Shown: positions 33,301-53,615 of the stretch, one piece after another
Layout of the letters: each line of letters opens with the position of its first letter
Numbering within the stretch: the stretch's first letter is position 1
Assembly (NCBI RefSeq): GCF_009914755.1
Contig: NC_060941.1
Strand: one strand, 5' to 3'
DNA: 64,000 nt
DNA from: the human T2T-CHM13v2.0 reference genome, Homo sapiens
The notes under the pieces: model-generated
What the model saw: the letters and a program-made list of their open reading frames with translations, nothing else
Told to the model about the DNA's origin: nothing
Database searches by the model: none
Program-made: the position numbers and the translations under genes

Positions 33301-33989
33301 TTAAGTTTAAAAGAGTTGAAAGAATATAAATGAACATTATATATATCTACTCTGAACCAACTGACACCTCACCGACTTCTACGAAAGAACGCAGGAATGA
33401 TATGAGCACGGAGTCTGGAAACTGAGCCTAGCTTTCTTACTTAAGAGCTGTGTGTTCTTCAGCAAATTACTTAACCTCTGTGTGCTTCAGATTTCTCTTC
33501 TGTAAAATGTGTATAATATCAGTTGCTATGGGTGGTAAATGGGTTCATCTATGCTAAGTGCTCAGAATTATGCTTGGTTCTTAGTACATGCTATTTCCAT
33601 GTTAGTTATTACTTTAAGGAGCTATTTCTTATGGTTTCTTCTTCTGTACAATAAGGAGGGTGGGCAGTGTCAGTGATTCTCTACTATGGGAGAACACTAG
33701 GGTCATCTGGGGAGCTTAAAAGCTCAGGATTTTAGAAAGATTTTGATGTCTGGACCCCTCTCTACCCACCTTGAAACAGAATCTCTGGGAGTGGGGCCTG
33801 GACATTGGAATTTTAAAAAAGCCTTCCTGTGGTTCTGGGGCACAGTGAGGCTGAGAAGCAGGGGAAGAGATGGTCCTGAGATCCCTTCAGCTTGGAAGTT
33901 GGCATGCTGGGTTTGTATGGCAGGGGCGGGTTATAGCTTCCCTTCCCATACTCAGTGCATTTATGTGTGTCACTAAACATTCTTTTCCC

Positions 33990-34540
33990 TTTTAAAAAAA
34001 CGGAGGTGAAAGTCCTGTAACATAAAGTTAAGCATTCTAAAGCGTACAAATCAGTGACATGTACATTCACAGTGTTGTGCAGCTACCACCTCCTAGTTCC
34101 TAAACATTTCATCACCCCAAAATAAAACCTGGTACCCAGTAAGCAGTCAGCCTCATCCTCCCTTCCCTCAGCTCCTGGCAACCACCAATTTGCTTTCTGT
34201 GTCTATGGCATTACCTGTTCTGGATACTTCATATAAACGGGATCGTACAATATGTGGGCTTTCATGTCTGGCTTCTTTCACTTAGCGTGCTGTTTTCAAG
34301 GTTCATCCACGTTGTAGTATGGACCAGGGGTTCATTCCTTTCTATGGCTGAGTTGTACTCTACTATGTGGACGTATCATATTCTGTTTACCCATTTGTCT
34401 GTTGATGGACGGTTGGGTTGTTCCCACCTTAACTATTGTGAATAGAGCAGCTATGAACACTTGTGTACAAGTATTTGAACACCTGTTCTCAATTCTTCTG
34501 GGTATGTACCTACGAGTGGAATCACAGGGAGTGGAAATGC
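33990..34540 (-). mobile_element. L1MB-like 3' end
   Basis: tacattcacagtgttgtgcagctaccacc...gttttcaaggttcatccacgttgtag. Confidence 0.8.
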
Positions 34541-34620
34541 AAGGATAATTCTGTATTGAATTTTACCCCCAAATTGTTTACGTGTGATTAAACGTTCGCC
34601 TCTGTTCTTCACCCTCACAG

Positions 34621-34713
34621 ATCTTCCTTGACTTGTCCCCACTGCCTGAAACAGAGCAACACCTTTGATCCTTTCCTGTGTGTGTCCCTACCTATCCCCT
34701 TGCGCCAGACGAG
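34621..34713 (+). CDS. USP43: USP43 exon 4 (93 nt): SSLTCPHCLKQSNTFDPFLCVSLPIPLRQT(R); first CxxC of the fingers Zn site
   Basis: ctcacag acceptor; AG|gtacgt donor; typical USP CxxC...FDPF..SLP motif. Confidence 0.96.
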
Positions 34714-36070
34714 GTACGTGAGTGTCGCGGCTTGCCCGGTGAACTTGACTTCCATCCTTACTCATTACGGGGAAGCTTCTGGCCTCACACCTGCCATTTT
34801 CTCTCCTTTGCTTCTCAGCCAGCATTTCTCTGGAAACCAGCCTTATAGCTGGATGACATTCAACTATTGAAATTGACAGAGTGAAAGGTTACTGTGTTCC
34901 TTCTCTAGCTGAGGAAGGAATTATGAATGTTTGGCACAATTGCCAGACTTAGATCTGTGGCCCATTCAGAAGCTGGCACGGACCCATTGGTCTCACTTAG
35001 TGAGACAGGGGCAAACTAGAGAAAATCCGTGGCCACCTGCTTTTTTTTCCCCAGCTTTACTTCAACTTCAAAAATCTATTTTCTTCTTTGAGAAGGTGCA
35101 GGAAAAAGATTTCTTTAAGGAGCAAAGAAAGAGGAAAGGGGTTGTTTGGGGAAGATGAGAAAAAAAAAGAAAAGTGGAGGTAGGGCTGGGTAACAGGCAC
35201 CATGGGCCGAGTTCTATAAAAATAAGCCCAAATCTTAGCAGTGACCAGGAAGGCAAATGGCCAATGTCAGTGTCCTGGCATGTGGGTGAGCTCCTATGTG
35301 GGGTGTCTTCTCTGGCATTGGAAGAGAGGTATTTCCTCTTTATGTTCCCCACCTCCTTAAGTGCCATTTCTCTTACCCTCTTCCTATTGACATCCCCTGC
35401 CTTTAGGATGCAGCTGAAGACATAACATCTTCAGAGGGCCTTGCTTGGCAACTCAATCTCCCTTTCTGCTCTAAAATTGTGTGCTGCTGATCTTCTGCAC
35501 TACAAATATAACTACTGGCTTATGCTATAACATGGCTTATGCTGTCTATCATCAGTGACACCATCAGATAATGTCAACTTATAGATGTGATGATCTAAGA
35601 CTCCCAGCCTGACACAGCACAGCAGAGTGGTCAAGACCACTGACTCTGGAGCCAGACGGCCCAGGTTCGAATCCCAGCTCTATTAATTAATTACCTGTGT
35701 GACTTGGGCAGTTATTGGAGTACAGATCAAGAGAAACAGTAGCTGCAAGAGTGGGCCTTCATATGCCGGTGGGAAGGGGAAGCAGAGATTTCCAAAGGAG
35801 ACTCTCATTAAGGAGAATGTCATCAGTAGTGTTGATTTGTACTGAAAAAAACACCTTGACTGCTTTAATTTTCAAACTTTGGAGTTTGTTTTTGTTTAAG
35901 CTTATCTATTTAACAACTAGAGCCTTGAGATCGGACATCTCTATGGTGATTCTTAATCAAATACTTTTTCCCCCAATTCTCTGGAAAAGTAATTTAGAAG
36001 ATTTGGCTCTACCCTGCCACCTGGTGACAATGTACCAAGTACAGGGACACAACCAGGAAGCGGAGATTAA

Positions 36071-36402
<332 letters not shown>

Positions 36403-36475
36403 TGATCCATTATCAACAATGTCATTCACAGTTCATGTCAGTCCTTTAAGGGTGTTGCCCCTTCCTATTTTCCAG

Positions 36476-36611
36476 GTTCTTGAGTGTCACCTTGGTCTTC
36501 CCCTCTAAGAGCCAGCGGTTCCTGCGGGTTGGCCTGGCCGTGCCGATCCTCAGCACAGTGGCAGCCCTGAGGAAGATGGTTGCAGAGGAAGGAGGCGTCC
36601 CTGCAGATGAG
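36476..36611 (+). CDS. USP43: USP43 exon 5 (136 nt): FLSVTLVFPSKSQRFLRVGLAVPILSTVAALRKMVAEEGGVPADE
   Basis: ttttccag acceptor; GAG|gtgtga donor; phase 2-0, keeps the frame. Confidence 0.92.
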
Positions 36612-36859
36612 GTGTGATAGAATTGCACTGGGGCCTGGTCATTGGATGATAGAATGCTAACTGAGCCAGCTGTCTAGGCTGTTTAGGCCAATTTGTGGTT
36701 CCCAGGTGACTCCAGTATGACTCATGGGTTTCTGGTTGATTAGTAATGCCTGCTGTCTGGGATGACTGGGCCTTGACTTTTCCCTGCATTGACACAGAAT
36801 GACCAGAAAAGAACACCTTTGCCTTCCGAGAAGGCAATGACAATTATGATCATAATAAT

Positions 36860-37090
36860 TCCAGCAATAGCTACCCCTAGGTAGTGCTTACTAAGTGTGG
36901 GGCACTATTCTGTGAACTTTCTATTCATGCCTGATTTAATCACAGGCGTCCTGTGAAGTAGACATTACAATTATCCTCATCTTACTAATGGGGAATAAAG
37001 AAGCCCTGAGAGGTTAAGTGACTTGCCCAACGTCACTAGCTAGTAAGTGGCTGAGCCAGGATTTGGATTTCGATGGTTTGACTTCATAGC
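36860..37090 (-). mobile_element. MIR
   Basis: gagaggttaagtgacttgcccaacgtcac MIR core. Confidence 0.7.
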
Positions 37091-37919
37091 CCAAGTCACC
37101 ATTGTATATTTTCAGTCTTGGCAATATAAACCAGGACAGTAAAGGAACAGTAAATGAAGCAGGAGGACCTGCTGAGAGAACTGAGGATGTATAACATGAG
37201 AGAGAACATCTGGCGGAAGCTGGGATGGCTGTGTTCTACCTGTTTTCTTTTCAAACGAGTCTTAGTAAAGCGATTGGATTCACAGTGCCTGGAGGGGCCC
37301 TCATGAGGAATAGGGAGGAGGCCGTGGTGGCGCCAAGCCACATGGCAGGATGGGAGCGGCCCTCAGGGTGATTCAGTAGCTCCCTAGGTTTCTGACCCTG
37401 GACACAGTATGTGATTGGCTCTGTGTCCTTAACTGTGACATGGAAATTGACACTTCCCTGACTATCTCATGGGATTTTTTCAAATCAAAAAATATTTTTA
37501 ACCTTGTTGGGAAGGCATGCCACACATACAATAACGTCTACCTATCTGAAGATTGTGGTTTGCTGGCTTTCTCTACGTTCATAGCTACATTCCTATAACC
37601 TCCACGCTTCCTGAGCCTCCCCATCACCCCAGTGGGCTCCTTTCTGCCCCTGCCCAATCAATCCCTCTGACCTCTATCGCTACCTCATAGAATATTTATG
37701 ACTCTCTCAAATAGCAGGGGAAATGTGTGTATCTTGCTTTGTAAACTTTAAAGTGCACTATGGGGAGTTACTGAAAGAGACGGAGAGAGAGGGGGACAGT
37801 GGGTGAGAGTCCTGGGGAGAAAGTGACAGTAAGAAAAGATCAAAAGGGAGAAGTCTATGAGAGGGAGCGTTTGAATAATTAAGAGTGTGAAAAATCTGGC
37901 AGGAATTTGAGAGGTGTGA

Positions 37920-38369
<450 letters not shown>

Positions 38370-38930
38370 TGTATTTGGATTTATTTATGTCATCTTATTT
38401 ATTTATGTCATCTTATGCTATTTACCCTGTTTTCCTATTTTGTACCGCCCCTCCCCCCCCATTTTTAGATTGAACAGTCTTTTTCTTTTAGAAGATGATT
38501 CTTTTACATTGAGCAATTTTTCTTTATTTCATCTTTTCTGGGATGAAGTACATCCAGAAGATGTACTTCATGTACATGTCAATATGTATATGTAAATATA
38601 ATATATACATTATATTTCCATTCTTTTAGTGGTTACTAAAATGTCAACTTGCATAATTACGAGTCTAAAGCCAATCTTCCCATGTAACACAAGGATCTTG
38701 GTATGCATTAAATCCCCTTATACCTTTTTGATTTAGATATTATTGTCCAGTATTTTAATCCCTTCTCCACCTCCAACTGTAATAGTAATAATAGTTATTA
38801 TTTTAGCTTTATATAGTTGATAATATTTACCTTTGCCAATGTTTACCATTTTCTTTGGTTCATCATTTCTTCCTACAACTCAAGTTTTCTCTTTGATTCA
38901 GGTTTTTAAATCCTGAAATCTATGTATTTA

Positions 38931-39450
<520 letters not shown>

Positions 39451-39960
39451 TAGGTTATGTGTGCTGAGATATTGATTTCTTCAGCATCAGGGTAACAGAG
39501 TTGGGTCTAGGGCAGTCAGGGCCCCCACAGTAGTCACCCCTCTACTCTGCTACAAAACCATCTCCTATTTACTTCAATGTTTGGTAAAAATTTTTTTTAT
39601 GTATGCAATCACGTGAAAAAGGTTAGTAAACCTATTCAGAAATTCTTTCACTCTGTAGTAAACACTCACTTTTTGTTCACATGAAGAGGGCTTTATTTTG
39701 TTGTCATTTTTCTATGCTTGTTTAGCTGGGTATAAAACTTAGATTTTTTTTTTTTTTTTCAGTTTCTTTTTTTGTTGCACTTGAGATGTCTGAGGACAAT
39801 CTAATGGTTGTATCTACTATGCTGCCTTATTACTAAAAATAAGTAGCCAATTGGAAGGAAAAGGTGAAAAATGGGTGTTGACTATCAGTCACTTTTAGAT
39901 TTCTTATCTGTTGATTTCTCTTTCAGAAATCAAGAGGGAAAATGATCTTTCTCATTTCAG

Positions 39961-40096
39961 GTGATCTTGGTTGAACTGTATCCCAGTGGATTCCAGCGGT
40001 CTTTCTTTGATGAAGAGGACCTGAATACCATCGCAGAGGGAGATAATGTGTATGCCTTTCAAGTTCCTCCCTCACCCAGCCAGGGGACTCTCTCAG
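39961..40096 (+). CDS. USP43: USP43 exon 6 (136 nt): VILVELYPSGFQRSFFDEEDLNTIAEGDNVYAFQVPPSPSQGTLS(A)
   Basis: catttcag acceptor; CAG|gtataa donor; phase 0-1. Confidence 0.92.
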
Positions 40097-40272
40097 GTAT
40101 AACAGGTGCTTTGCACAATTTTATTTGGCTATGATGAGTTACAGGTTTCAGAGGATACTCCTTGGGTGCAAAGGCATAAAACATCCAATTTTAGCACTTG
40201 GAACAGTCAGACTTATTATCCCTGGCATTCGTTGTGTGCAGATGGTTGATATTAAAAATTATTCACCTAACA

Positions 40273-40465
40273 CAAGTATTCTCAAAACTAAGCTTAGTGA
40301 ATATTAGAATCACCTGGAGGGCGTGTGAAAGCAGATTTCTGGACCCTACCCACAGAGTTTATGATTTGGGTGGCCTGGGGTGGGGCCTAAGAGTTTGCAC
40401 ATCTAACCAAGTTCCCAGGTGATGCCGATGCTGCTGGTCCAGGAACCACACTTTGAGAACCACTA
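40273..40465. mobile_element. MER5A
   Basis: agaatcacctggaggg...ccaggtgatgccgatgctgctggtcc...cacactttgagaaccact. Confidence 0.85.
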
Positions 40466-40717
40466 TTTGGTATAGATGCTGGAGTCATCTTTGCCGTCAG
40501 GATTCCTATGGGTCAAGATTTGTGTGTGAAGTAAAATGTCTACAAATTTGAGCAGTACGTGGTTAAAGTTTTATTAAATGACTTTTTAACAAAATAGTTC
40601 CACTTCTTAATGCTTGCTTTTCCTATTCCATGGACTGGCTAACATGGTCAATTTCTAACAGTCCTTTTTATTTGTAGATCAGGATACATTTTGGCCAAGT
40701 TAGTGAAGAAGACCCAT

Positions 40718-41618
<901 letters not shown>

Positions 41619-41985
41619 TAGCAGGCTATGGGAACTGGATGTTTGAAGTTCTCTGAGTTGACAGGGAGATGCTGGGCATTGGAATCTAGAACAAGACATT
41701 AACTGACACTGACTATATTACAACCCAGTGAAACAAGTTCTCCTTTCAAATTCAATCATGGTGGACACATCTTTTCCTTGAAAGTCAACATTTCAGAACT
41801 GATTGCAAATGGAGGCTAGTCCAATTCCTCTACTTCCTCACTGGTAAAGATTCTCACCCATCTCTATATACTTCTTATGTTGGCTTTCTAAGAGAGTAGA
41901 TAAACTGGGGACTCTGTAATGAAGTCATAAAAGCAACCAAAATTATTTTGGAGTATTTTTCAGGTGACTTGAAATATATTAGTTA

Positions 41986-42321
<336 letters not shown>

Positions 42322-42556
42322 CTATTGGGTGAACACAATTGCAAATTCACTACCATATTCTTGATGTTCGTATGCCAGGCGTCAGATGGCACAAATGCCA
42401 TGAACCTCATTATCTCCTCCCCTAAAGCCCTCTAGTGGCCCCCCATTGGTGGTTAATAGATGCTCAAAGAGAAAGAGGGACTAGAGAAGCTAAGGCTCTG
42501 ACCCAGGAAAGCAGCTCCTTTAGGAATATGAACAAATGTCATTCTCTCCCTTCTAG

Positions 42557-42692
42557 CTCATCCACTGGGTCTGTCGGCCTCCCCACGCCTGGCAGCCCGT
42601 GAGGGCCAGCGATTCTCCCTCTCTCTCCACAGTGAGAGCAAGGTGCTAATCCTCTTCTGTAACTTGGTGGGGTCAGGGCAGCAGGCTAGCAG
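42557..42692 (+). CDS. USP43: USP43 exon 7 (136 nt): HPLGLSASPRLAAREGQRFSLSLHSESKVLILFCNLVGSGQQAS(R)
   Basis: cttctag acceptor; AG|gtatgt donor; phase 1-2. Confidence 0.9.
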
Positions 42693-43279
42693 GTATGTTT
42701 CACTTTATTCTTTTTTCATGTGGTGTCTGGGATTTGTAGACCTGTACTTGGGAGCCTGTCTAGAGTAAAATTAAACATTTATTCCCAAGGTTAATAAACT
42801 AGGAGCCAGAAGTAGGGTCCTTTCTGATTAAGAGGATTAGAAATATCTGCCTTAAGCATTTGGCTAACGTCATCATTCCTAACCATCAGACATCAGAGGC
42901 CTTCCTATTAATCGGAGGAACAATTTTTACTGCCTTCACCACTGTTATTTTATATTGTAAAACCTAGGCGGTGCAGTGCTAAAAGAAACTGGCTATAAGA
43001 AAAGAGGTGATAATTTGGTTGTCTGTCCAGAAAACCAAGAACTGGAAAGTGATTGGCAGTAAGGAAAGGGTTCAGGAAATTGATGGGTTATATAACAAAT
43101 ATACAAAAACAGATAGCTTTCTTATATAGCCCAAATAAAGTGTTTAAAAGACAGAATTACATTAAGATATATTTAGATGGATAAAATGTTTCTAAAAATG
43201 TATCTTGAATAATAAACTGGTAAAAACAAAAAGATTATTTAATAATAATTAAACTATTATTAATTAGCTCAGCTTTTAA

Positions 43280-43512
43280 AAATCAATTAGCCCAGCCTTA
43301 CTTATTGAATAATTCATTAACTCTTAGTAATATGAAATACATCATTTTTATCATGTAATAAATACTTACAGATAGTTGGTCTATTTTGTTTGATTTAATT
43401 GCATATTCTTCTGCCTGTATTACAATATTTTAATAATTTCAGAATTATGGTATATTTCATATTACTACAGAGTGAGTGAATTGTTCAAAAGTAAGGCTGG
43501 GCTAATTGATTT
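43280..43512. repeat. Inverted repeat with about 60-bp arms (43280-43340 and 43450-43512)
   Basis: Outer 24 bp perfectly complementary; remainder a close match. Confidence 0.88.
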
Positions 43513-43632
43513 CTTTGTTGCTTTTTATTTTAAATAGTCAACTTTTTACTCCTGCTATGAATTCACACGTATAAATTTCAGGTTGACTAGAGAGGTAACT
43601 AGAGAAAAGGAAGCCATGAAATAACTTAAAGA

Positions 43633-43910
<278 letters not shown>

Positions 43911-44172
43911 AGACAACATGGGAGAATATTTATGTCCTTGGGTGGGGGCTAGTTTAACATCAAAGTCAGGAGGCTGTAAAGGAAAAGGCTGATGTTTTAA
44001 ATATATTTAAAAATTTAAACTAAAAGCAAATTTGAAAGGCAAAGGACAAATGAGGAAAGATATTTATGCCATGTGAGAGGTGAAGGATTTATGTCCATCC
44101 TCGAATTTTCCAGCTCTTGAAAATTAAGGAGATAAATACCCTTGGTGAAATGAACCACAGAGATGAACATTA

Positions 44173-44581
<409 letters not shown>

Positions 44582-45409
44582 TTAGATTGTTAAATGATTT
44601 TTAGAAATTGATAATACTCATTCTGGGCCAGAGTCCGGGGAATCAGGTAAATTGGTATGGCTTCTTTGGAGGACAGTTTGGGAAGAAAGAGCTTTAGTCT
44701 TGTCTTTCTACTTCTGGAACTTTACCCTAAGGGAATAATTGTGCGCTCAAAGGTTATGTCCAAGGTTATATCTAGTTCCTGCGATAAGCAAGCATTGTTT
44801 AAATAAAAACTTGGAATGCCTCACAGTACAGGATGGATTAAGTAAACCGATCTGTCCATACAACAATGGACGCACAGTGCCCTTGCCTGTCCAGACAGAT
44901 CACCTCATATTTGTGTTCTGCTTTAGCCAATTTTATTCAACAATTTCACATTCTTACCTCATTGGGTCTTCACACAGGCTGCAGCGAGGCCAGGAAGCAG
45001 TGAGTCGCTAGTGATTTGTCCAGGAGTACCCACGGCAGAGTTAGGGCCCATAGGCGCAGGCTCACCCAGCATTCTGTACACCATGAGCTCACTGCTGTGC
45101 GCTTACTATGTTGGGACATGGATACCATCCCAGTGATGAGAATATTCTCGATACCCCAACCAAAGTTGTGTCATCTGGATTTATGTCTCTGCCTTGCCTT
45201 CCCCTGGCTCCAAGCTTGTCTTACTCTATTCCCTGCTGTGAGTAAGAGATTTTGCCAGCTAGCTGGTCATTTTGAGTAATCTGTTTACACAGCAGCATCT
45301 ACCTGGCTTTGTGTCACTGGGCCTCTGCTTACATTGCAGTGTCTCCATTTGTTACAAGGTTCTCTGATTGGCAATTTTGTATTGTGTTTGGCTTTAAAAA
45401 GCATTTACA

Positions 45410-46410
45410 TTATTTTTAATCGACACATAATTGTACATATTTATGGGGTACGGAGTGATATTTTGATACATGTACATAGTGTGTAATGATCAAATCAGGG
45501 TAATTGGCATAACCGTCACCTCAAACATTTATCATTTCTTTGTGTTGGGAAGATTCAAAATCCTATCCTCTAGCTATTGAAAGCATACAATAAATTATTG
45601 TTAACAATAGTCACTCTATATTGCTATAGAACACTAGAGCTTATTTCTCCTATCTAGCTATAATTTTTATTCATTACCTAACCTTTTCCTAGCCCCCACT
45701 GGCGCCTCCCAGCCTCTAGTAGAACCACTATTCTACTCTACTTCTGTGACATTAACTTTTTTAGATTCCACATGAGGGAGTACATGCAGTATTTATCTTT
45801 CTGTGCCTGACTTATTTCACTTAACATAATGTCCTCCAGCCTCATCCATCTTGCCGCAAACAACAGGATTTCATTTCTTTTTTATGGGTGCATAGTATTC
45901 CGTTGTGTATATAGACCACATTTTCTTTTTCATTTCTTTTCCATTCATCCACCGATGTACACTTAGGTTGATTTGGAATCTTGGCTATTGTGAATAGCCC
46001 TGCAGTAAACACAGGAGTGCAGAGATCTCTTTGACATGATGATCTTTCCTTTGGATAAATACCCAGTAGTGGGATGGCTGGGTCACATGGTGGTTCTATT
46101 TTTAGTTTTTTGAAGAACCTCCATGCTTTTCTCCACGGTGTCTCCATTCCCACCAACAGTGTATAAGAGTTCCCTTTTCTCCATATCCTCACCAGCATTT
46201 GTTATTTCTTGTCTTTTTGATAATAGCCATCCTAACTGGGGTAAGATGATATCTCATTGGGGTTTTGACTTGCATTTCCCTGATAATTAGTGATGTTGGG
46301 CATTTTTTCATATGCCTGTTGGCTACGTGTGTCATTTTGAGAAATGTCTATTCAGACCCTTTGCCCATTTTTAAATGGGATTCTTTGGTTTTTTTTGCTG
46401 TTGAGTTTTT
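45410..46410 (-). mobile_element. L1MA-like 3' end
   Basis: Antisense L1 3' UTR plus ORF2 end; minus-strand ORF reads DPAIPLLGIYPKE. Confidence 0.88.
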
Positions 46411-46531
46411 GTGCTTAGCTCTTGTCACTTATCCTATTGACAGGAAGCCAGGGTTAGAACAACCACTCATGACTGGTGGATGTTGCTGGTTTTTCCTTTG
46501 CTGGGATAACCCGATTTCCTTGGATTTTCAG

Positions 46532-46643
46532 GTTTGGGCCACCCTTCCTGATAAGGGAAGACAGAGCTGTTTCCTGGGCCCAGCTCCAGCAGTCTATCCT
46601 CAGCAAGGTCCGCCATCTTATGAAGAGTGAGGCCCCTGTACAG
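46532..46643 (+). CDS. USP43: USP43 exon 8 (112 nt): FGPPFLIREDRAVSWAQLQQSILSKVRHLMKSEAPVQ
   Basis: ttttcag acceptor; CAG|gtcagt donor; FGxP motif typical of USP catalytic-domain inserts. Confidence 0.93.
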
Positions 46644-46650
46644 GTCAGTG

Positions 46651-46714
46651 GTGTGCATGCGTGTGTGTGTGTGTGCGTGCATGCGCATGTGCATGCGTGT
46701 GTGTGGGTGTGTGT
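46651..46714. repeat. (TG)n/(TGCA)-type alternating purine-pyrimidine tract directly after exon 8
   Basis: Seen directly; contains 3 TGCATG. Confidence 0.9.
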
Positions 46715-47653
46715 ATTGGGAGGGGTGGAATTTAGTGTAGCCCAGGAGAGGATAATTTGCTGTTAAAGAGTGTTCATACTGTTTTATAAAATGACTTAGA
46801 TTTATTTGCAAGGAAGTAACCATCTTATAGTCTGTAGTGTTTTACTTTTGTGCCATTACAAAATACCTTTCATGGGCAGAGCTTTTTCTTATTAAATCTT
46901 TCAAAACACCATTGGGAAAATGGCATTTACATTAAAACGAAATTTTTTTTTTCACATTTTCCATCATTCCCTAAGCATTTACATTATTATTCCCAATTTT
47001 GTATGTTTATGGCTTACCATAGTTTTTCCTAGAAGATAGCATATTATAATAAATTGTAACTTTTATGTTTAAATCAACAATTTCAAGGGACTTGAGATAG
47101 AATTTCTGGGAAAATTAAAATGGATGATTATGTCCAAATATGAAAATCTAAATGTTAAAATAAGTTTGTCCAGTTTTTTAAAAACTAAGATAACTCAAAG
47201 GAAAACATTTGCCTTATTTATTTATTCTCAGATTGGTAGTTTCCAAACAAAAACAGCATGTTTAAAAACTATTGATTTTTTGTTTTTAGCTCCTATAATA
47301 TCAGAAACTATTCTGATGGTTGCTTGACACAGAAGATGTTGAAATTTTTAGGGACAGGTCAGTTGTGTCAGATTCCTATTGTCCCCTAACTATTCCCATA
47401 GTAAAAGCTTTTTATTTGGGGCACACACAGATCTTATCTCAGAGATAATTCCTCATAATTCATGTTCCTTCCTGCTCAGCAAAAACCATATGTTTGATTT
47501 AGGATTTATACCAAATAACATTTTGTTAAAAACCTTCACTACATTTGTCCCAACTTTTATCTCTAAAGGATTTTGTTCAATGTACTGTAGATCAGATCCA
47601 CCAAAGTGCCCAAATTAGAAACTCCTCTGCAAGTAGGTCAGTCTATCCGGTGA

Positions 47654-48723
<1,070 letters not shown>

Positions 48724-49146
48724 AATTTCAATTTTAGAAATGGATCAAGCAATCAATGGGGCCAGCAAAATACTAATACGGGCAACCTTTGACTCAGCCA
48801 CAGATGCTTTTTCACAGATTCACGGGTGAATGTATGGTCAGACATGCTTTTCTGTAGGAGTAATGTGTTCTAGATGGTTGTGAGGCTTCCAGGCTAGCCA
48901 ACCCATTTAACCCATAATTCTTTTAATACTATATTAAATACTGGTTCAAATATAGTCATTTGAAGAGAATATATTCAGGAGTCTCAACATTGAACTGAAG
49001 AGATTAAACATATTGTATTGAAGGTTTGGACATGAACTTCCCTAGCCAAGAATTGAGAACAGGAAAGTTTCTTACAAAAATGACCAGTTTACTGGATAGG
49101 ATTAATTTGCATGTATTATGAAAAAAATAAAAGCTATCAATGCCAA

Positions 49147-49472
<326 letters not shown>

Positions 49473-50139
49473 TAAACGGGGGTGTGTGAGGCCAGCACTA
49501 TTTGTGTGCAGGCAGAGTAGGCTGCCTCTGTGCAGATGTTGGTGCCGTAATGATGGCTGACTTTTGCTGTCCAAACAACAAGGCTCCATTAGGGGCGGAG
49601 GAAAAAGAGTCTTCTCCCCCAGATTTAAATTAACATTCTCCTTAGGGAGAATACCCTTCCGTGGCCAACCCTCAATCAAAGCCCCTGAAGTCATCTTACT
49701 TCCAGACGTTGATTTCGTCTTTGTTGAAGCCGTAGACGAACTGGAACGTGGTTAGAGTCTGGCTAGACGTATGAGCTCCCTGCCCTTCACACTCAAGACC
49801 CCCTGCAGCCCAGTTCCAGTTTACCCACCAGCCTTGTGGCCGATGCTCCCTGCACACGTCAGCTCCCACAGCCAAAGGGGTCGGCTCACAACTCTCTGCA
49901 TCTGTTTCGGGTCATTCTGTCCTACCATGTGTCATTCCTCTTTCCTGGAATTATGATGCTTTTCTCTTGTTTTCCTCTCATAATTCAACCTAGGTTTCCT
50001 CCATGGTTTTTAAGAAAACATGTCTGCCTTTTACCTTTGTCAGAGTTTGGAAGAAAATTTTATTTTATTTCTGGTTGTCAAGATCATCAGTGACAAATTT
50101 AAGCACCTATTTCTTTTATTTGAATGAAGACCCCGTTGA

Positions 50140-52290
<2,151 letters not shown>

Positions 52291-52860
52291 TAAGAGGCAT
52301 CTTCCGTTAAATATGTCATTGTAAGCCTCATTTCAATTTCAGAAAAGTTAAAATATAATAAACACATATCTTAGAATAATAACTAAGGTGCTATCTCTTT
52401 ATGTGGCTTATTTTAAAATGTATAAATATTTACTTTGTCTGTAAAATATACATGAACTGGCTTTTAGAAAATTGCCTCATTGTGGGGATGATAATCATCT
52501 TAATAAAGTAGGTTAAGTTACCTATTAAAAATTAATTAACATGATTGATTTATGTTCCATTACATGTACCAGTATCTGCTCCAGTTAAGCATTTACTATT
52601 TAAACACACTGTGTTCATTTTTGGGGGGAAGATGTAACATATTAAACACAGTATTAGATCACTGCATTACAGGGTATAGTGTGAATCTGAAAAAAATGAA
52701 GTTTTTGTCTCTTAATTTTGAATTCTAATTATTACGGGAATATTCAAAATACACTATGGAAAATAATGATTATATTTTTTAATGTATGCGCCCCTTTAGA
52801 GTCTAATTTAAATCAATATAGGGGCTACGTAATGATCCATGTCTGTTTTTGTCTTCGCAG

Positions 52861-52964
52861 AACCTGGGGTCTCTGTTCTCCATCCGTGTTGTGGGACTCT
52901 CTGTGGCCTGCAGCTATTTGTCTCCGAAGGACAGTCGGCCCCTCTGTCACTGGGCAGTTGACAG
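52861..52964 (+). CDS. USP43: USP43 exon 9 (104 nt): NLGSLFSIRVVGLSVACSYLSPKDSRPLCHWAVD(R)
   Basis: cttcgcag acceptor; AG|gtaagg donor; phase 0-2. Confidence 0.92.
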
Positions 52965-53287
52965 GTAAGGGGGAAGGTCCAGGTTCAGTCAGCTAATGAA
53001 CCCTTTCTTATTTTACCAGAGTCCTTTGAGGGTATATGTCAATGAGATTGCTCATAGTATTTGTTATTCTTGATCACTTACCTCTCCAGTACCAGCCGCT
53101 ATGTTAGGTCATTGGGCATGTTCTGTGCTTTGAACCCGTATGTCTGGAGAGGCACTATTATGTCCGCTTCAAAGATGGGGGGGACACCAACGTTCTCAGA
53201 GGTTAGTTAACTTGATCACACTTAAAAAGCTAGTTAATAGGCAAGCCTAAATTTGAACCCAGATTGATCTAACTAAAACCCAAATTC

Positions 53288-53615
<328 letters not shown>

